Source: Basidiobolus meristosporus CBS 931.73 (lineage: Eukaryota; Fungi; Basidiobolomycota). Taken from it: 64,000 bases of DNA. Where the stretch lies: the NCBI GenBank assembly GCA_002104905.1, contig MCFE01000196.1, positions 1 to 64,000 on the forward strand, in the 5' to 3' direction. The notes beneath the pieces were generated by a model. That model ran no database searches. It was not told the DNA's origin and worked only from the letters and a program-made list of their open reading frames with translations. Shown here piece by piece: positions 61,501-64,000 of the stretch. The first letter of the stretch is position 1; each line of letters opens with the position of its first letter. A program made the position numbers and the translations under genes.

Positions 61501-63260
61501 GTTGAAATCCGGTCTGGCAGGTAATTGCTCATAGACCTTGTTATCCTTCTGGATCTGAGTAGCATGGGTTCTCCAGTTGATTGGTGGATTACAATAAAAT
61601 AGCCTGGTTTTTTCAAGTACAAGTTCAAGCTTGCAGCTCCCAAATATGCAGGCTCAGAGGTCTTCTTCATAATCATTTATCATCATCCTTACTGGCTGAG
61701 TAACATGGTTTATTATGTGAGAGTTTCCATCAGCTGTAGTGACTGGAGTTGAGTTGAAGGGTTCTAAGTTTATTCCAGCTCTGAAAGCAAATTGCTCCAA
61801 CATGTACTCATGCAATGCTCCTGAGTCAGTCATGATCTTGGCAGGTACTCTATTGCTTACTCTATTCAAGTATAATAGCTTTCCTGAGTTTGAGGCTATC
61901 TGGGATAGATATTCTTCTGTCATATGGAAGGTGAGCTCTGAGTCTTCTTCAAGCTCATCCTCCATGTTACTATGCTCAAGGGCTTTAACATGGTTGAAGG
62001 TTCTTGATGGCTGGTGTCCATTTCTTCTCTGAAGGTAATACTTTGCAATATGTCCCTGCTGGTGGCAATTGAGGCAAAGTCCTTTCTTCCTACATTCTTC
62101 TGAGGTACAATTCTTCTGCATATCATCTATTTCCCTTGGCACTGCTTCTGATTGTCTTGTTTCATAAGGATTGTACACTCTGTGATGAGTCATTGTAGGC
62201 TTACCAACTCCAAATATAGTTGGGTCTTAGTCAATGCCTATTGTCATGGCTTCTTCAATAGTCTGGGGTCTTCAATAGTTCACTTCCTTGCAAGTTCTTT
62301 CTTTTGACTCACCAATAAAGTATTCTACTTGATCCAGGGGGTTCATTCTTTCAATTGGTTTAAGTAGACATCTATATTTGTAGATGTACTCTTGAACCAT
62401 TCCTTTCTGCTGGAATGTCTTCAGCTTTCTTTGTAGTAGTGTTTGCTGGCATGGAGGTTTGAAAGCATCCTGATTTCTGACACAAACTCATCACAGGCTG
62501 AGATTGCAGAGCATCCCATCATGGTGGCTGACCAGATCTTCTTGTGGTGCCACTGTTAAGCTGCATCTGCCAGTTTAGAGGCTGCATAATATCACTTACT
62601 TTCTGGAGCAATTCCCTTGGCCTTGAAAGCTTCTTTAATCTGGAAGAGCCAAGTTCCCAGGTTTTCATTGACTCTACCATGGTACCGGTTAACCTTCACA
62701 CTAAAGCTACTCTTGACAGGGTTTTGCTGGCTTTGGGCCATGGTAGCTGTCCCTTGTTGCTGCTGGCTAAGGATCTGGAGTAACTGTTGCTGTTGGGCCA
62801 GGATTTGCTGCATAGCATTCTTCCATTCTAGAATTTTGGACATCTTGAGGGAGGCTTCTTCTGTAGTTGGGAGGGAGGATTATGTAATTGCTGCCACCAA
62901 TGTTACAAGTCTTGGCATAAGAGTTGTAGAGGAATAGGGAGTTTAGCTAGTATTGTATTCACTAAAGCTTGAACTGATTTTTACTGAGGTTCCAGCAGCT
63001 CCTTATATACATTATTTCCAGATCAATTGCTGACTGATTGTACTTCCTAATATAGGTTGTGGCTAATGACTCATTGGATAGCATTATCATCACCCAATCA
63101 GATCCTACTTAATATATCTATTCCTGTCTGAGAAGGATCTGCTGATTCATCTGCTGCTAAAGTTACTGATTTGATAGATTACACTGATATACTGATAGGA
63201 TAAACATATAACTAATTGATCTGACTACAAACTGATCAAACTCAAACATTCAAGCGGTAG
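58503..63260 (-). mobile_element. Near full-length decayed Ty3/gypsy retrotransposon (gag-PR-RT-RH-INT) with a nested solo LTR
   Basis: 5' LTR 62901-~63260; PBS 62890-62899 TGGTGGCAGC; gag YHGRVNENLGTWLFQI; CCHC-like CLNCHQQGHIAK; protease DSGA; RT LRMCIDY..KNKYP; integrase; PPT; 3' LTR 58503-58871. Confidence 0.92.
60420..60787 (-). mobile_element. Solo LTR of the same gypsy family inside the RT region
   Basis: Complete TGTTACA...TAACA LTR interrupting the sequence homologous to 50960-51010. Confidence 0.88.
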
Positions 63261-64000
63261 AACCTTTCACCATTGCACCTAATTGCCCCACAATAAATTA
63301 GTGTGAGCTGTCAGGAAACTTGTCAACTCTGGCAGTGGTGATGGTATGAAAGCCATTTAATGATCATTTGCTGGTCTTTTATCAGGCATAATGCATTTGC
63401 TACACACTCATCTCTCCAAGTACTTTTGGAAGCCTGCACCTTCACTGAGATTCTGAATTGACTACTTGACTAAGTGCCTGAAGAGTGCATATTATTATTG
63501 TCACAATCTCCTGACATCTTTGATGTATCATGATCCGGTTAAATCAAATTGGTGAAATAACCCTGGTTCATTCTATAAAGTTGTACTCCATTCTCATAAC
63601 TTCTTGAGAGCTCCAATCCAGCATTACACAATGGAATATTATATTGAAGCATCCTATTTAAGTATATATAGCTTTATTCCATATATAGTAGTGGCATAAC
63701 ATATGACCTGGTCACATGATCAGCTGACACCTGCCATATCCCCATGTGATGTTCAACTCTGTTCTTTGGTGTATTTCATAACATCATCATTGCCAATATT
63801 AGCAAGTATGCGGTTAGCTCATACCAAAGTTCTAATGAGCCAATAAGTTAGATGCAGTGGCTGATACAATAGATTGGATGGCCCAGAGAAATCCGGAAGT
63901 AGTCTTGAGACAGGATGAATGGATAACACATTTAGAGCATTCAATATCCCAGGTAGAGAATGCAGTATCTTAAATGCAAAGAAGGTACTCAAGTAGTTAA

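Overview
Eukaryotic DNA, almost certainly from a fungus. The 54-75 nt GT-AG introns, high-GC3 intronless genes, 7TM-RGS genes and fungal-type LTR elements suggest an early-diverging lineage such as Basidiobolus (inference). The window has five zones. (1) 1-15.6 kb: mosaic segmental duplications with three near-identical GLUT-like sugar porter genes, a BBE-like FAD oxidase pseudogene, and one intact plus one decayed copy of an unknown two-exon gene. (2) 16-22.4 kb: an unassigned GC-rich island, then a decayed Ty1/copia element carrying a 734 bp foldback MITE. (3) 23-28 kb: three secreted-protein genes (a small beta-rich protein, an N-terminal-His LPMO-like protein, and a 10-exon Cys-repeat protein missed by the ORF track) and an RRM-RGG-RRM gene. 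(4) 28.5-40.6 kb: six near-identical intronless 7TM-RGS genes whose similarity runs exactly from ATG to stop while most flanks are unrelated, then a secreted protein with a full pacifastin protease-inhibitor consensus. (5) 41-64 kb: a CpG-depleted transposon graveyard (Ty3/gypsy, Ty1/copia, CACTA-type, MITEs) in which I found no intact host gene. The best candidates for new biology are the ORF-bounded 7TM-RGS array, the fungal pacifastin, the His-brace protein, the Cys-module protein, and the CpG mutagenesis that hits transposons but spares repeated genes. No rRNA, tRNA or CRISPR was recognised. All alignments and identities were judged by eye.
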